NCBI GenBank assembly: GCA_013202965.1
Contig: JABMQZ010000235.1
Coordinates: 1 to 60,158 of the forward strand
DNA: 60,158 nucleotides
Direction of reading: 5' to 3'
Origin: Bacteroidota bacterium
Lineage (GTDB): Bacteria > Bacteroidota > Bacteroidia > Bacteroidales > B18-G4
A program made the position numbers and the translations under genes. The notes under the pieces are model-generated. The model worked only from the letters and a program-made list of their open reading frames with translations. It was not told the DNA's origin and did not search any database. Below, piece by piece: positions 16,888 to 27,355 of this stretch. Numbering within the stretch: the first letter of the stretch is position 1; every line of letters starts with the position of its first letter.

Positions 16888-18232
16888 ACGTTTTCGTATT
16901 CAGGTATTATTGAGATTGCTGCTGCTTGCGCTTTCTTTTTTCCTCTTGTTTTATCTGATCGATAAAACGAGATACAATGTTACCCCCATGATCCTGATCA
17001 TTATGATCATCATTCAGGTGATCTTCCTGATCAGATATGTTGAAAGAACCAATACCAGGCTCAGCCAGTTTTTGCAAAGCATCAGACATTCCGATTTTTC
17101 CAGTTCATTTTCAGACAAAGGGCTGGGAAAAAGTTTTGACGAACTGAATAGTTCCTTCACGGAAGTAATAGAAGAGTTCAAAAAACACAGGTCGGAAAAA
17201 GAAGAACATTTCAATTATCTCCAGACTGTAGTGCAGCATGTCAGCATGGGTATTATTGTTTTCACTCGTGACGGGAAAGTGGATATATTCAATCAAGCGG
17301 TTAAGCGTTTGCTGAAGGTCAGAAATATCAGGTTTATTTCAGAACTTGAAAAGGTTAAGGAAGAATTGCCGGAAATATTGCTAAAACTACGGGTAGGTGA
17401 CCGCACTCTGATCCGCTTATTTGTAGAAGATGAATTACTGCAAATTTCAGCGTATGCCACAGAATTCAGGATGAGGGGAGAAGATTATACATTGGTTTCT
17501 CTGCAGGATATCAGCTCTGAACTGGATGAGAAAGAAATTGAATCCTGGCAAAAACTGATCAGGGTTTTAACCCATGAGATTACCAACTCAATCACCCCGA
17601 TCTCATCCCTGGCATCTACAGTCAGGGAAATGCTGCTGGATGAAAAGAACGAAAAACCGCTTCTTAAGTCTTTGGATGCTGAAGACCTGGAAGGTATACA
17701 GGAAGCTATGAAGACCATCCAGAACAGGAGCCATGGTTTGCTGAATTTTGTGGAGGTTTACCGCAATCTGACCAGAATTCCCAAACCAAACTTCAGATAC
17801 TTCAAGGTGACAGAGATATTCACACGCTCCGAACATCTGCTGAAACCAAAAATGGATGAACTTGGCATTCAGTGTACCCATAAGGTATTCCCGCCTGACC
17901 TGATGATCACTGCTGATCCCGACCTTGTTGATCAGGTGGTCATTAATCTGATCCTGAATGCAATGGATGCCGTTAAGGGAAAAGAAGATGGACGGATCAG
18001 CATCCTTGCAACGGTCAACAGCTATAACAGGGTGGTCATCGATTTTAAGGACAATGGTTCAGGCATCAAGCCTGATATACTCGATAAGATCTTTATGCCT
18101 TTTTTTACTTCAAAGAAACAAGGTTCTGGCATTGGCCTGAGTTTATCACGGCAGATCATGTCTTTACATAAAGGCTCAATTGCTGTGAAATCAAAACCTG
18201 ATGAGGGAACTGTAATTACTTTAACTTTTTAA
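16877..18232 (+). CDS. Sensor histidine kinase
   Basis: Two N-terminal TM helices, H-box LTHEITNSITPI, and the ATPase boxes DNGSGI and GSGIGLSLSRQI. Overlaps the regulator gene by 11 nt. Confidence 0.9.
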   Translation: MIFRRFRIQVLLRLLLLALSFFLLFYLIDKTRYNVTPMILIIMIIIQVIFLIRYVERTNTRLSQFLQSIRHSDFSSSFSDKGLGKSFDELNSSFTEVIEEFKKHRSEKEEHFNYLQTVVQHVSMGIIVFTRDGKVDIFNQAVKRLLKVRNIRFISELEKVKEELPEILLKLRVGDRTLIRLFVEDELLQISAYATEFRMRGEDYTLVSLQDISSELDEKEIESWQKLIRVLTHEITNSITPISSLASTVREMLLDEKNEKPLLKSLDAEDLEGIQEAMKTIQNRSHGLLNFVEVYRNLTRIPKPNFRYFKVTEIFTRSEHLLKPKMDELGIQCTHKVFPPDLMITADPDLVDQVVINLILNAMDAVKGKEDGRISILATVNSYNRVVIDFKDNGSGIKPDILDKIFMPFFTSKKQGSGIGLSLSRQIMSLHKGSIAVKSKPDEGTVITLTF

Positions 18233-18240
18233 AAATATAT

Positions 18241-18843
18241 ATGGACAAAGAAGCAAAAACCGATTTTGAGATACATCCATTGCTAAAGAGCCGATGGAGT
18301 CCGCGTGCATTTGAGGACAGGCCTGTCGAGACTGAAAAGCTGCAACGCATGCTGGAGGCTTCCCGCTGGGCCCCTTCAGCATCAAATATTCAGCCCTGGA
18401 TTTTCTTTATCGGCCTGAAAGGAGATCCTGCCTATAACAAGATCTTTGAAACACTGGTAGAATTTAATCAGCTGTGGGCAGTAAATGCTCCGGTATTGAT
18501 TCTCAGCTGCGGCAAGATCACCACCGGGGATAATGAAACACCTAATGGAATATGGCAATATGATGTTGGCCAGTCCGTTGCATATATGACATTACAAGCC
18601 ATGGAAGATGAACTGTATGTTCATCAGATGACAGGTTTTGATGCACTCAAAGCTGCCGAACTTTTTAGTTTGCATGAAGATATACGAGCTGTTTCAGTGG
18701 TGGCTGTGGGCTCCCTTGGCGATCCTGCTATGTTGCACCCCAGGATGCAAAAATCGGAGTTGGCTGAAAGGGAAAGAAAAGGAATGGATACCTTTGTATT
18801 TTCGGAGAAATATGGTACAGCATCAGATATTGTTGAAATATAG
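18241..18843 (+). CDS. Nitroreductase family protein
   Basis: 200 aa, with RWSPRAF and RWAPSASNIQPW motifs. Confidence 0.8.
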   Translation: MDKEAKTDFEIHPLLKSRWSPRAFEDRPVETEKLQRMLEASRWAPSASNIQPWIFFIGLKGDPAYNKIFETLVEFNQLWAVNAPVLILSCGKITTGDNETPNGIWQYDVGQSVAYMTLQAMEDELYVHQMTGFDALKAAELFSLHEDIRAVSVVAVGSLGDPAMLHPRMQKSELAERERKGMDTFVFSEKYGTASDIVEI

Positions 18844-18897
18844 AAGGCAAATGAATGCCTGCTCCGGATTTTTTCTGGGAATTTGATATTAGAACAC

Positions 18898-19902
18898 ATG
18901 AAATACAAAACAAGATACATGATCATTGCTGTAGGGATCACCCTTGCTTCCTGCGGCAGCAGTGACAAAGCTGAAAAGAATACCAATAAACCAGTGGAGG
19001 TGATGGTCAATATGTCACATTTCAACAGCGATTCGGCCTATGCATACATAGAAAAGCAGCTTTCATTCGGCCCGAGGGTTCCCGGAAGTAAAGCGCATGC
19101 TGCATGTGCCGGCTGGCTTGAAAAATCCTTGAAACGCTTTACGCCTGATGTGCAGGTTCAGCATGTCAGGGCAAGAGCATATAATGGAAATGTTCTGAGA
19201 GGAAAAAACATCATTGCTTCCTTCAATATTGAAAACAAAAAGCGCATTCTGCTATGTGCCCACTGGGATTCCAGGCCTTATGCAGATCATGACCCTGACA
19301 TCAACAAGCACAGGACTCCTATCGACGGCGCTAACGACGGTGCCAGTGGTGTTGGTGTGCTGATAGAAACAGCAAGACAATTTAGTATGGAGCAGCCTGA
19401 AATTGGTGTGGACTTCATTTTATTCGACCTGGAAGACTACGGGCCTCCCCAGGATGCACAGCGATCCCGTGGTGAGGATAATTGGGGGCTGGGCTCACAA
19501 TTCTGGGCAAATAATCCGCATAAAACAAATTACAGGGCCAGGTACGGTATTCTGCTCGATATGGTCGGGGTGAAAGACGCTACCTTCCTGAAGGAAGGAT
19601 ATTCCATGATGTATGCCCCCTCGAAAGTAAAAAAAGTATGGGGCATAGCGGATGAGCTGGGATATGGAAAGTATTTTGTAGATGAGCGGGGTGGATATAT
19701 CATCGATGACCACTATTATATCAATAAGATCATGAACCTTCCAACCATCAATATTATCCACCTCGATACACAATCAGCCAATGGAAGTTTTTTTGATCAC
19801 TGGCATACAATGAACGATAATCTTGAAAATATTGACAAGGCTACATTGCATGTTGTTGGTGATGTAGTGCTAAATGTGGTATACAGGGAAAGAGGTTTAT
19901 AA
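18898..19902 (+). CDS. Glutaminyl-peptide cyclotransferase / M28-family zinc enzyme (lipoprotein)
   Basis: I trimmed the ORF to the ATG at 18898. Lipobox LASC. Carries HWDSRPYADHD and GANDGASGVGVLIE motifs. Confidence 0.8.
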   Translation: MKYKTRYMIIAVGITLASCGSSDKAEKNTNKPVEVMVNMSHFNSDSAYAYIEKQLSFGPRVPGSKAHAACAGWLEKSLKRFTPDVQVQHVRARAYNGNVLRGKNIIASFNIENKKRILLCAHWDSRPYADHDPDINKHRTPIDGANDGASGVGVLIETARQFSMEQPEIGVDFILFDLEDYGPPQDAQRSRGEDNWGLGSQFWANNPHKTNYRARYGILLDMVGVKDATFLKEGYSMMYAPSKVKKVWGIADELGYGKYFVDERGGYIIDDHYYINKIMNLPTINIIHLDTQSANGSFFDHWHTMNDNLENIDKATLHVVGDVVLNVVYRERGL

Positions 19903-21234
19903 TAATTCATTCGCAAGGTTAGCCAACTCCGATCGCTCACCTTTCTCCAGTCTTATATGGGCATAGATGTCATGATGTTTGATCTTATCGATGAGATAGG
20001 AGAGTCCGTTGCTCTGTGAGTCAAGATAAGGGGTGTCAATCTGGAAAATATCTCCGGTTAAAATGATCTTGGTATTTTCCCCGGCCCGTGTGATGATGGT
20101 TTTCACTTCATGCGGGGTCAGGTTCTGCGCTTCATCCACGATGAAACAAACATTGGAAATGCTTCTTCCCCTGATATACGCAAGGGGAGTGATCACCAGC
20201 TTTTCCTGCTCCAAAGCATCGCTGATTTTTTTGAACTCCCTGTCCTTTTCGTTAAACTGATTCTGAATGAATTTCAGGTTATCCCATAGAGGCTCCATAT
20301 AAGGATTGAGCTTGGAAGCAATATCACCCGGAAGATAGCCGATATCTTTATTGCTGAGCGGAACGATAGGCCTTGCCAGGTAGATCTGTTTGAAATTCTT
20401 CTTCTGATCAAGGGCACCGGCCAGGGCCAGTAATGTCTTTCCTGTTCCTGCCACCCCTTGCAATGTAACAAGTTTTACCTTGGGATTCCTGATGGCATGC
20501 AGTGCGAATACCTGTTCAGCATTTCTGGGTGTGATCCGGTAGGCCGGCTGTTTTTCAATACGCTCAATTCTTTCCAGTATAGGATTATAATATGTTAGCG
20601 CAGAAGTTTTATTGTTTTTCAGAATGAAATAATGATTTGGGATGGGCTTTGAAATCCCGATATCTTCCGGCATACAAAAGCCATTGGCATAAACGGCATC
20701 AATCACTTCCTTTGGCAGTCCTTCCACAATTGTTTTTCCGATATACAGAGATTCAAGGTCCTTGATCTTGCCGGTTTCAAAATCCTCAGCAGGTATATTG
20801 AGAGATTTGGCCTTCAAGCGCAAGTTAATGTCTTTCGTTACGAGGATCACTTTTTTATCAGGATGTTCTTCTCCCATGCTCAGGGCAGCATTCAAAATAC
20901 GATGGTCTGGCTTATTTTCACCAAATACTTTGGTTGCATCCAATTTTCCTGTGTGCTCCTGCATGATCACCTTGAAGTGTCCGTGCTCAGGCCGGTCAAT
21001 GGGAATCCAGTTCTGAAGTGAATTATTTATCGAAAGCCTGTCCATGATCCTGATAAACTCCCTGGTTTCAAAGTTCTTGCTATCATTGCCTTTTTTGAAA
21101 TTATCGAGTTCCTCCAGTACGGTTATCGGAATAGCTACATCGTTATCCTCGAAACTGTAAATGGCATCGTGAGTATAAAGGATAACGGAGGTGTCTAAGA
21201 CGAAAATCTTCTTCTTCTTTTTCTTTCTTGGCAT
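19897..21234 (-). CDS. PIN-domain / PhoH-like ATPase (PhoH2/YlaK type)
   Basis: N-terminal PIN (FVLDTSVIL), then a PhoH ATPase with Walker A GVAGTGKT. Confidence 0.9.
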   Translation of the reverse strand: MPRKKKKKKIFVLDTSVILYTHDAIYSFEDNDVAIPITVLEELDNFKKGNDSKNFETREFIRIMDRLSINNSLQNWIPIDRPEHGHFKVIMQEHTGKLDATKVFGENKPDHRILNAALSMGEEHPDKKVILVTKDINLRLKAKSLNIPAEDFETGKIKDLESLYIGKTIVEGLPKEVIDAVYANGFCMPEDIGISKPIPNHYFILKNNKTSALTYYNPILERIERIEKQPAYRITPRNAEQVFALHAIRNPKVKLVTLQGVAGTGKTLLALAGALDQKKNFKQIYLARPIVPLSNKDIGYLPGDIASKLNPYMEPLWDNLKFIQNQFNEKDREFKKISDALEQEKLVITPLAYIRGRSISNVCFIVDEAQNLTPHEVKTIITRAGENTKIILTGDIFQIDTPYLDSQSNGLSYLIDKIKHHDIYAHIRLEKGERSELANLANELL

Positions 21235-21408
21235 GGGCGCTTAGTTTATACTATAAAGCAACAATAATTTCGGGAAAATATTACAAGAAGATGAAAGAAT
21301 TTATCAAGTGGAGGATGTTCATAAAATATTTATTCCCATGACAGGAACCATTTGGTCTCTTCACGAATGGATACAGCATTGTGTCCTTGCACCCGCCGGA
21401 TAAAATAT

Positions 21409-21416
21409 TACTTTTG
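21409..21416 (+). promoter_or_regulatory. Candidate Bacteroidetes-type -7 promoter box (TAnnTTTG) for polA
   Basis: TACTTTTG lies 19 nt upstream of the polA ATG. No clean -33 TTTG is present. Confidence 0.35.
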
Positions 21417-21434
21417 TGGTAAAGCTTATTTATT

Positions 21435-24221
21435 ATGCCTGAACAAAAGAAACTCTTCCTCCTTGATGCCATGGCTTTAATATACAGGGCATTTTTTGCG
21501 CTGAATAAAAACCCAAGGATCAATTCCAGGGGACTCAATACATCTGCTATATTGGGTTTTGCCAACACCCTTTTGGATGTGCTTAAAAATGAGCGGCCTA
21601 CCCATATAGGTGTGGCTTTTGATACCAGGGCACCAACAGTCAGGGTTGAGCAATATGCCGAATATAAAGCCAACAGGGAAAAGATGCCTGAAGATATTTC
21701 CCTGGCTATTCCATATATTATTAAACTTATTGAAGCTTTTAACATTCCTATCCTGGCAGTTGATGGTTATGAGGCGGATGATGTGATTGGAACGCTTGCC
21801 AAAAAAGCAGAACAGCAAGATTTTAAAGTTTTTATGATGACTCCTGACAAGGACTTCGGGCAGTTGGTATCAGATAATATATTTATGTTTAAACCGGCCA
21901 GAATGGGGAACAAGCCGGAAGTGCTCGGTGTGCAAGAAATTTGTAAAAAGTATAAAATCAATCTTCCTGAACAGTTTATTGACATCCTTGGTTTATGGGG
22001 TGATGCTTCTGATAATATTCCCGGTGTCCCCGGCATCGGGGAGAAAACAGCATCAAAACTGATAGCGGAATTCGGAAGCCTGGAGAATCTTTTGCTGAAT
22101 ACAGATAAACTGAAGGGAAAACAGAAGGAAAACCTCGAGGCTTTTGCAGAGCAGGCCATGATGTCAAAACAACTGGCAACCATCATCCTTGATGTTCCCA
22201 TTCAGCTTGAAACTGATGCCTTGAAATATAGGGAACCTGATGAAGGAGCCTTGAGACAATTGTTGTCAGAACTTGAATTCAGAAATTTTGCGAAAAGGAT
22301 TTTCGGTGAACAGGCTTCTTCGGCTGACACTTCTGTTGAAGTTAAGGAATCCGTTGACAGGAACGATCTTTTTAGCAGTGCAGGGGTGGAAATCCCGGAA
22401 AAGAAGTTGATGTGTATGCATGATGTGCCTAATGATTATCACCTGCAGGATACGGCAGATAAGCGAAGGCAGCTGATTGCACGTCTGAAAGCAGCCGACT
22501 CTTTTTGCTTCGACACAGAAACAACAGGCCTGAATGCAAATGATACGGAATTGGTTGGGATCTCTTTTGCCTTGAAAAAAGGTGAAGCTTTTTATGTTCC
22601 CGTTCCGGAAAATTATAGTGAAGCATTAGAGCTTGTTTCTGAGTTCAAACCCTTGTTTGAAAATGATCTTATTGGGAAAACAGGACAGAACCTGAAATTT
22701 GATATGTCTGTGCTCAGGTGGTATGATGTAGAAGTGAAAGGAGATATATTCGATACCATGATCGCCCATTATTTGATTGAGCCCGACCTCAGGCATAACA
22801 TGGATTTTCTGGCAGAGACCTACCTGGACTATAAGCCGGTATCTATCGAAAGTCTCATCGGGAAAAAAGGGAAAAATCAACTCAGTATGCGGATGGTGAG
22901 GAGTGAACAAGTGAAGGATTATGCTTGTGAGGATGCAGATATCACCCTGCAATTGAGGGAGGTTTTTGAACCCATGCTTGCTCAGACCAACACCCTGGAA
23001 TTATTCAGGAAGATTGAAATGCCCCTTGTTCCCGTACTTACTTCCATGGAGGCTGTGGGTATAAACCTTAAAGTTTCTACACTGGAGGAATTTTCTGCTG
23101 AGCTGGATAAAGATATAGTTCAGCTTCAAAAGGAAATCCATGAGAAGGCAGGAATTGAATTTAATATCGCTTCCCCCAAACAGATGGGTGAAATATTATT
23201 TGAAAAACTGAAGATCACGGATAAACCCAAATTAACCAAAACCAGACAATATTCTACAAGTGAAGATGTGCTTATCCGGCTTACGGATAAACACCCGATC
23301 ATTAATTACATACTTGACTACCGCTCACTCGCCAAACTAAAATCTACCTATGTTGATGCGCTGCCAAAGTTGATCAATCCCCGTGATCATCGTATCCATA
23401 CCTCATATAACCAAGCTGTTGCTGCCACCGGTAGGCTGAGTTCCAATAATCCTAATTTGCAGAATATTCCTATCCGCACCCCACGTGGCCGTGAGATCAG
23501 GAGGGCTTTTGTCCCAAGAAATGATGACTACACCCTGCTGGCAGCCGACTATTCCCAGATAGAACTCAGGATCATTGCTGAACTAAGTGAAGACCCGGGC
23601 CTGATTGAAACTTTTGTCGATGGACTGGATGTGCATACTGCAACTGCTTCCAGGATTTACGGAATCCCCCTGGAAGAGGTAAGTACCGATATGAGAAGAA
23701 ACGCCAAAATGGTTAACTTTGGAATTGTATACGGCATATCAGCTTTTGGCCTGTCGGAAAGACTTAACATTCCCCGGAAAGATGCTGCAGAGATCATTGA
23801 TCAATATTTCTCGAAATACCCGGGAGTGAAGTCCTATATGGAAAGCACCATTGGTTTCGCAAGGGCAAATGGATATGTTGAAACCATGATGGGCCGGCGC
23901 AGGTATCTGCGCGACATTAATTCGGCGAATGCGACACTAAGAGGATTTGCTGAACGAACTGCCATTAATGCTCCGGTGCAGGGCTCCTCAGCAGATATGA
24001 TCAAGATCGCCATGATCAATATCTATGATAGCATGAAATTGCAGGGACTGAAATCAAAAATGATATTACAGGTACATGATGAACTCGTCTTCGATACCCT
24101 GAAAAGTGAAGTGGAGATACTGAAAAATATAGTGGAAGAAAAAATGAAATCTGCGATACCCATGACTGTTCCTGTTGTGGTGGATATGAATACCGGCGAT
24201 AACTGGCTGCAGGCCCACTAA
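21435..24221 (+). CDS. polA: DNA polymerase I
   Basis: 928 aa. 5'-nuclease N-terminus, a 3'-5' exonuclease-like domain, and polymerase motifs A (LLAADYSQIELRI), B (RRNAKMVNFGIVYG) and C (QVHDELVF). Confidence 0.97.
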   Translation: MPEQKKLFLLDAMALIYRAFFALNKNPRINSRGLNTSAILGFANTLLDVLKNERPTHIGVAFDTRAPTVRVEQYAEYKANREKMPEDISLAIPYIIKLIEAFNIPILAVDGYEADDVIGTLAKKAEQQDFKVFMMTPDKDFGQLVSDNIFMFKPARMGNKPEVLGVQEICKKYKINLPEQFIDILGLWGDASDNIPGVPGIGEKTASKLIAEFGSLENLLLNTDKLKGKQKENLEAFAEQAMMSKQLATIILDVPIQLETDALKYREPDEGALRQLLSELEFRNFAKRIFGEQASSADTSVEVKESVDRNDLFSSAGVEIPEKKLMCMHDVPNDYHLQDTADKRRQLIARLKAADSFCFDTETTGLNANDTELVGISFALKKGEAFYVPVPENYSEALELVSEFKPLFENDLIGKTGQNLKFDMSVLRWYDVEVKGDIFDTMIAHYLIEPDLRHNMDFLAETYLDYKPVSIESLIGKKGKNQLSMRMVRSEQVKDYACEDADITLQLREVFEPMLAQTNTLELFRKIEMPLVPVLTSMEAVGINLKVSTLEEFSAELDKDIVQLQKEIHEKAGIEFNIASPKQMGEILFEKLKITDKPKLTKTRQYSTSEDVLIRLTDKHPIINYILDYRSLAKLKSTYVDALPKLINPRDHRIHTSYNQAVAATGRLSSNNPNLQNIPIRTPRGREIRRAFVPRNDDYTLLAADYSQIELRIIAELSEDPGLIETFVDGLDVHTATASRIYGIPLEEVSTDMRRNAKMVNFGIVYGISAFGLSERLNIPRKDAAEIIDQYFSKYPGVKSYMESTIGFARANGYVETMMGRRRYLRDINSANATLRGFAERTAINAPVQGSSADMIKIAMINIYDSMKLQGLKSKMILQVHDELVFDTLKSEVEILKNIVEEKMKSAIPMTVPVVVDMNTGDNWLQAH

Positions 24222-24533
24222 AGCTGATAATCCCCTATGGGTAAATATTCTGCTTTCGCCTGATAATAAAGCTGTTATAAAAAAGTGAATGGCTTGCCAA
24301 AGATTAATCTATCATTAAAAAATTATTAATAATTTGTTAATAAGTCATTATATTGAAGCTACAGATAGAACGCTCAACGCTTTATAATTTTTCAACGGCT
24401 TCATGTTAATAAAAAATTGATTCAGCCCATATATTATAACGTATCTTGGTAAGCATATTCCGCAAGCCCTTCTCAATTTTAAGCCGTTGAATTCTAAGGG
24501 CATGGAAGTATAAAAATTTTCAAAAGTAAACGA

Positions 24534-27257
24534 ATGGAGACGAATAACGATCTTTTTATCAATATTGATAAAGAAACAGAGCAGGAAAAAGAAAATTTTT
24601 ACGAAGAGGTGCTTGAAGCAAGATCAAAACCGGAGGTGAAACCCGATGGCAAAGAAATTGCTGTTAAGGAAGCTGTAAAAGCCGATCCGGTTTTAGAAGG
24701 AAAGAAGCAGGCCGGGTCATTGAAAACGTATTCTTCAGAGAAAGTATTATTAAAATCCACAGAATATTTTAAGGGAGATACCCTGGCAGCCAATGTCTGG
24801 ATGAATAAGTACGCACTCAAGGACAGTGACGGGAATATCTATGAGCAGACTCCTGATGACATGCACTGGCGAATAGCAAATGAAATTGCCAGGATTGAAC
24901 AAAAATATCCGAATCCTCTGAGTGCTGAAGAGGTTTATGAGTTGATCAGGGAATTCAAATATATTGTGCCGCAAGGAAGCCCCATGTCGGGCATCGGCAA
25001 TAATTTGCAGGTGTCATCCCTGTCAAATTGTTTTGTTATCGGCAATGAAGGCAATTCAGATTCTTACGGTGGTATCATGAAGATCGACCAGGAGCAGGTT
25101 CAGCTAATGAAGCGAAGGGGAGGGGTAGGCCACGACCTTTCACATATACGCCCTACAGGAAGCCCTGTGAAAAATTCAGCCTTGACATCCACCGGCATCG
25201 TTCCCTTTATGGAACGTTATTCCAATTCAACACGGGAAGTGGCCCAGGACGGCAGAAGAGGTGCACTCATGCTCTCCATCTCCAGCAAGCACCCGGATGC
25301 TGAGAGTTTTATAGATGCAAAACTGGAATCCGGCAAAGTTACCGGAGCCAATATCTCGGTGAAGATCGATGATGAATTCATGCGGGCTGTAATTGAAAAA
25401 AAGCCTTATGTACAGCAATATCCGGTCGATTCTCCAAATCCCAAAATTGTGAAGGAGATAGATGCCGGACAACTCTGGGGAAAGATCATCCACAATGCCT
25501 GGTCATCAGCCGAACCCGGTGTGCTATTCTGGGACACCATCAGCAGGGAAGCAATTCCCGATTGCTATGCTGACCTTGGATTTAAAACAGTATCGACAAA
25601 TCCCTGCGGAGAAATTCCACTCTGTCCGTACGACAGTTGCCGCCTGCTGGCCATGAACCTATACAGCTATGTTGATGAACCTTTTACGAGTAATGCCATA
25701 TTCAATTCAGATCTTTTTACAAAGCATGCCAGGTTGGCACTCAGGATAATGGATGACATCATCGATCTTGAAGCCGAAAAGATCGATGCCATCATTACCA
25801 AGATCGACAACGATCCGGAAGCATATGATATTAAAATGGTGGAAAGGAATATGTGGGAGAACATCCGCAAGAAAACCCTCGAGGGAAGAAGGACCGGTAT
25901 CGGTATAACCGCAGAAGGAGATATGCTTGCAGCATTGGGTTGCAGGTATGGTTCAGAATCCGGCATCGACTTCTCAACAGAGGTTCATAAATTGCTCGCC
26001 ATCGAGGTTTACCGCTCCTCAGTCGACCTGGCAAGGGAAAGAGGCCCTTTCCCCATTTTTGATTTGGAAAGGGAAAAAAACAATCCGTTCATCAACAGGA
26101 TAAAAGAGAGTGCTCCAAGGGTTTATGAAAATATGCAGAAGTATGGCAGAAGAAATATTGCCACCCTGACTATTGCCCCTACCGGCAGTGTGAGTATCTG
26201 TACTCAGACAAGCTCCGGGATTGAACCTGTCTTCAGTGTAAATTATAAGCGGAGAAGAAAAGTAAACCCAAACGATAAAAATGTTACGGTTTCATTTACC
26301 GATGAACTTGGCGATACCTGGGAAGAATACACCGTGTTCCATCCGAAGTTTGAGATCTGGTTGGAGAAAAACGGCTATGATAAGGAAAAAGTGAAAACAT
26401 ACCCGGACAAAGAATTTCAAAAGATCATTAAAAAGTCTCCTTATTATGAAGCCACATCAGCTGATATTGACTGGCTGAGTAAAGTCAGGATGCAGGGTGC
26501 AGTACAAAAATGGGTTGATCATTCTATTAGTGTGACTGTGAACATACCTGAAGATGCAAGCGAAGAACTGGTGAGTAAAATATACCAGACTGCATGGGAA
26601 AGTGGTTGTAAGGGAATGACCATATATCGTGAGGGATCCCGTGCGGGTGTGTTGATACGTAAGAGTAAAATGGATCAAAAGGATTCAAGTCAATTTCCAG
26701 AAACAACAGCTCCGTCAAGGCCACAGAAACTGGATGCTGATGTGGTTCGGTTTATGAATGACAATGAAGAGTGGGTAGCTGTTGTTGGTGTGCTCAACAA
26801 TAAACCCTACGAGATTTTTACCGGTAAAGCCGAAGGCTTTTTTGTGCCGGAATGGGTGAAAAAAGGCCAGGTAGTCAAGAACAAAAAACATGATAAGAAC
26901 AAACCGGGTACCCGATACGATTTCCACTTTGAAGATAAAGACGGTTACAAGGTTATCATGGAAGGATTGTCCAGGCAATTTAACAAAGAGTTCTGGAACT
27001 ATGCCAAATTGATCTCCGGAATTCTAAGACATGGCATGCCCATGCATTTTGTCGTTGACCTGGTTGACAATCTGATCCTCGACAGCCGGTCCATAAACAC
27101 CTGGAAAAATGGGGTGGTCAGGGCATTGAAGAAATATATTCCTGACGGAACCAAAGCCAAGGATGCAGTATGTCCTGAATGTGAAAACGTAGGTACTTTG
27201 ATGTACAAGGAAGGCTGCCTTATCTGTTCAAACTGTGGTTATTCGCAGTGTGGATAA
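24534..27257 (+). CDS. nrdJ: Adenosylcobalamin-dependent (class II) ribonucleotide reductase
   Basis: 907 aa. Active-site TNPCGEIPL and the RNR barrel. C-terminal CxxC...CxxC zinc ribbon (CPECEN...CLICSNCG). No ATP-cone. The first ~70 aa form a charged extension. Confidence 0.9.
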   Translation: METNNDLFINIDKETEQEKENFYEEVLEARSKPEVKPDGKEIAVKEAVKADPVLEGKKQAGSLKTYSSEKVLLKSTEYFKGDTLAANVWMNKYALKDSDGNIYEQTPDDMHWRIANEIARIEQKYPNPLSAEEVYELIREFKYIVPQGSPMSGIGNNLQVSSLSNCFVIGNEGNSDSYGGIMKIDQEQVQLMKRRGGVGHDLSHIRPTGSPVKNSALTSTGIVPFMERYSNSTREVAQDGRRGALMLSISSKHPDAESFIDAKLESGKVTGANISVKIDDEFMRAVIEKKPYVQQYPVDSPNPKIVKEIDAGQLWGKIIHNAWSSAEPGVLFWDTISREAIPDCYADLGFKTVSTNPCGEIPLCPYDSCRLLAMNLYSYVDEPFTSNAIFNSDLFTKHARLALRIMDDIIDLEAEKIDAIITKIDNDPEAYDIKMVERNMWENIRKKTLEGRRTGIGITAEGDMLAALGCRYGSESGIDFSTEVHKLLAIEVYRSSVDLARERGPFPIFDLEREKNNPFINRIKESAPRVYENMQKYGRRNIATLTIAPTGSVSICTQTSSGIEPVFSVNYKRRRKVNPNDKNVTVSFTDELGDTWEEYTVFHPKFEIWLEKNGYDKEKVKTYPDKEFQKIIKKSPYYEATSADIDWLSKVRMQGAVQKWVDHSISVTVNIPEDASEELVSKIYQTAWESGCKGMTIYREGSRAGVLIRKSKMDQKDSSQFPETTAPSRPQKLDADVVRFMNDNEEWVAVVGVLNNKPYEIFTGKAEGFFVPEWVKKGQVVKNKKHDKNKPGTRYDFHFEDKDGYKVIMEGLSRQFNKEFWNYAKLISGILRHGMPMHFVVDLVDNLILDSRSINTWKNGVVRALKKYIPDGTKAKDAVCPECENVGTLMYKEGCLICSNCGYSQCG

Positions 27258-27274
27258 AATAAATACCTTAAATC

Positions 27275-27303
27275 AAAGCCGGTTATTTGCCGGCTTTTTT
27301 TTT
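27275..27303 (+). terminator. Intrinsic terminator of nrdJ
   Basis: Stem AAAGCCGG / CCGGCTTT (27275-27282 and 27290-27297), followed by a T-run. Confidence 0.8.
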
Positions 27304-27304
27304 G

Positions 27305-27331
27305 AAAAAAAAAGCCGTTCCAAAGAACGGC
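27305..27331 (-). terminator. Intrinsic terminator of the tonB-like gene
   Basis: Stem GCCGTTC / GAACGGC with loop CAAA. On the minus strand it is followed by a T-run (the plus-strand A-run at 27305-27313). Confidence 0.75.
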
Positions 27332-27355
27332 TGGATATTATTTTAAGGGAATTTC

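Noticed and set aside
24222-24533. Cobalamin riboswitch or NrdR boxes upstream of nrdJ
   Set aside because: I could not find a B12-box-like conserved core or the multi-stem architecture. Only one weak AT-rich partial palindrome (CCCATATATTATAACG) is present, and there is no properly spaced pair of NrdR boxes.
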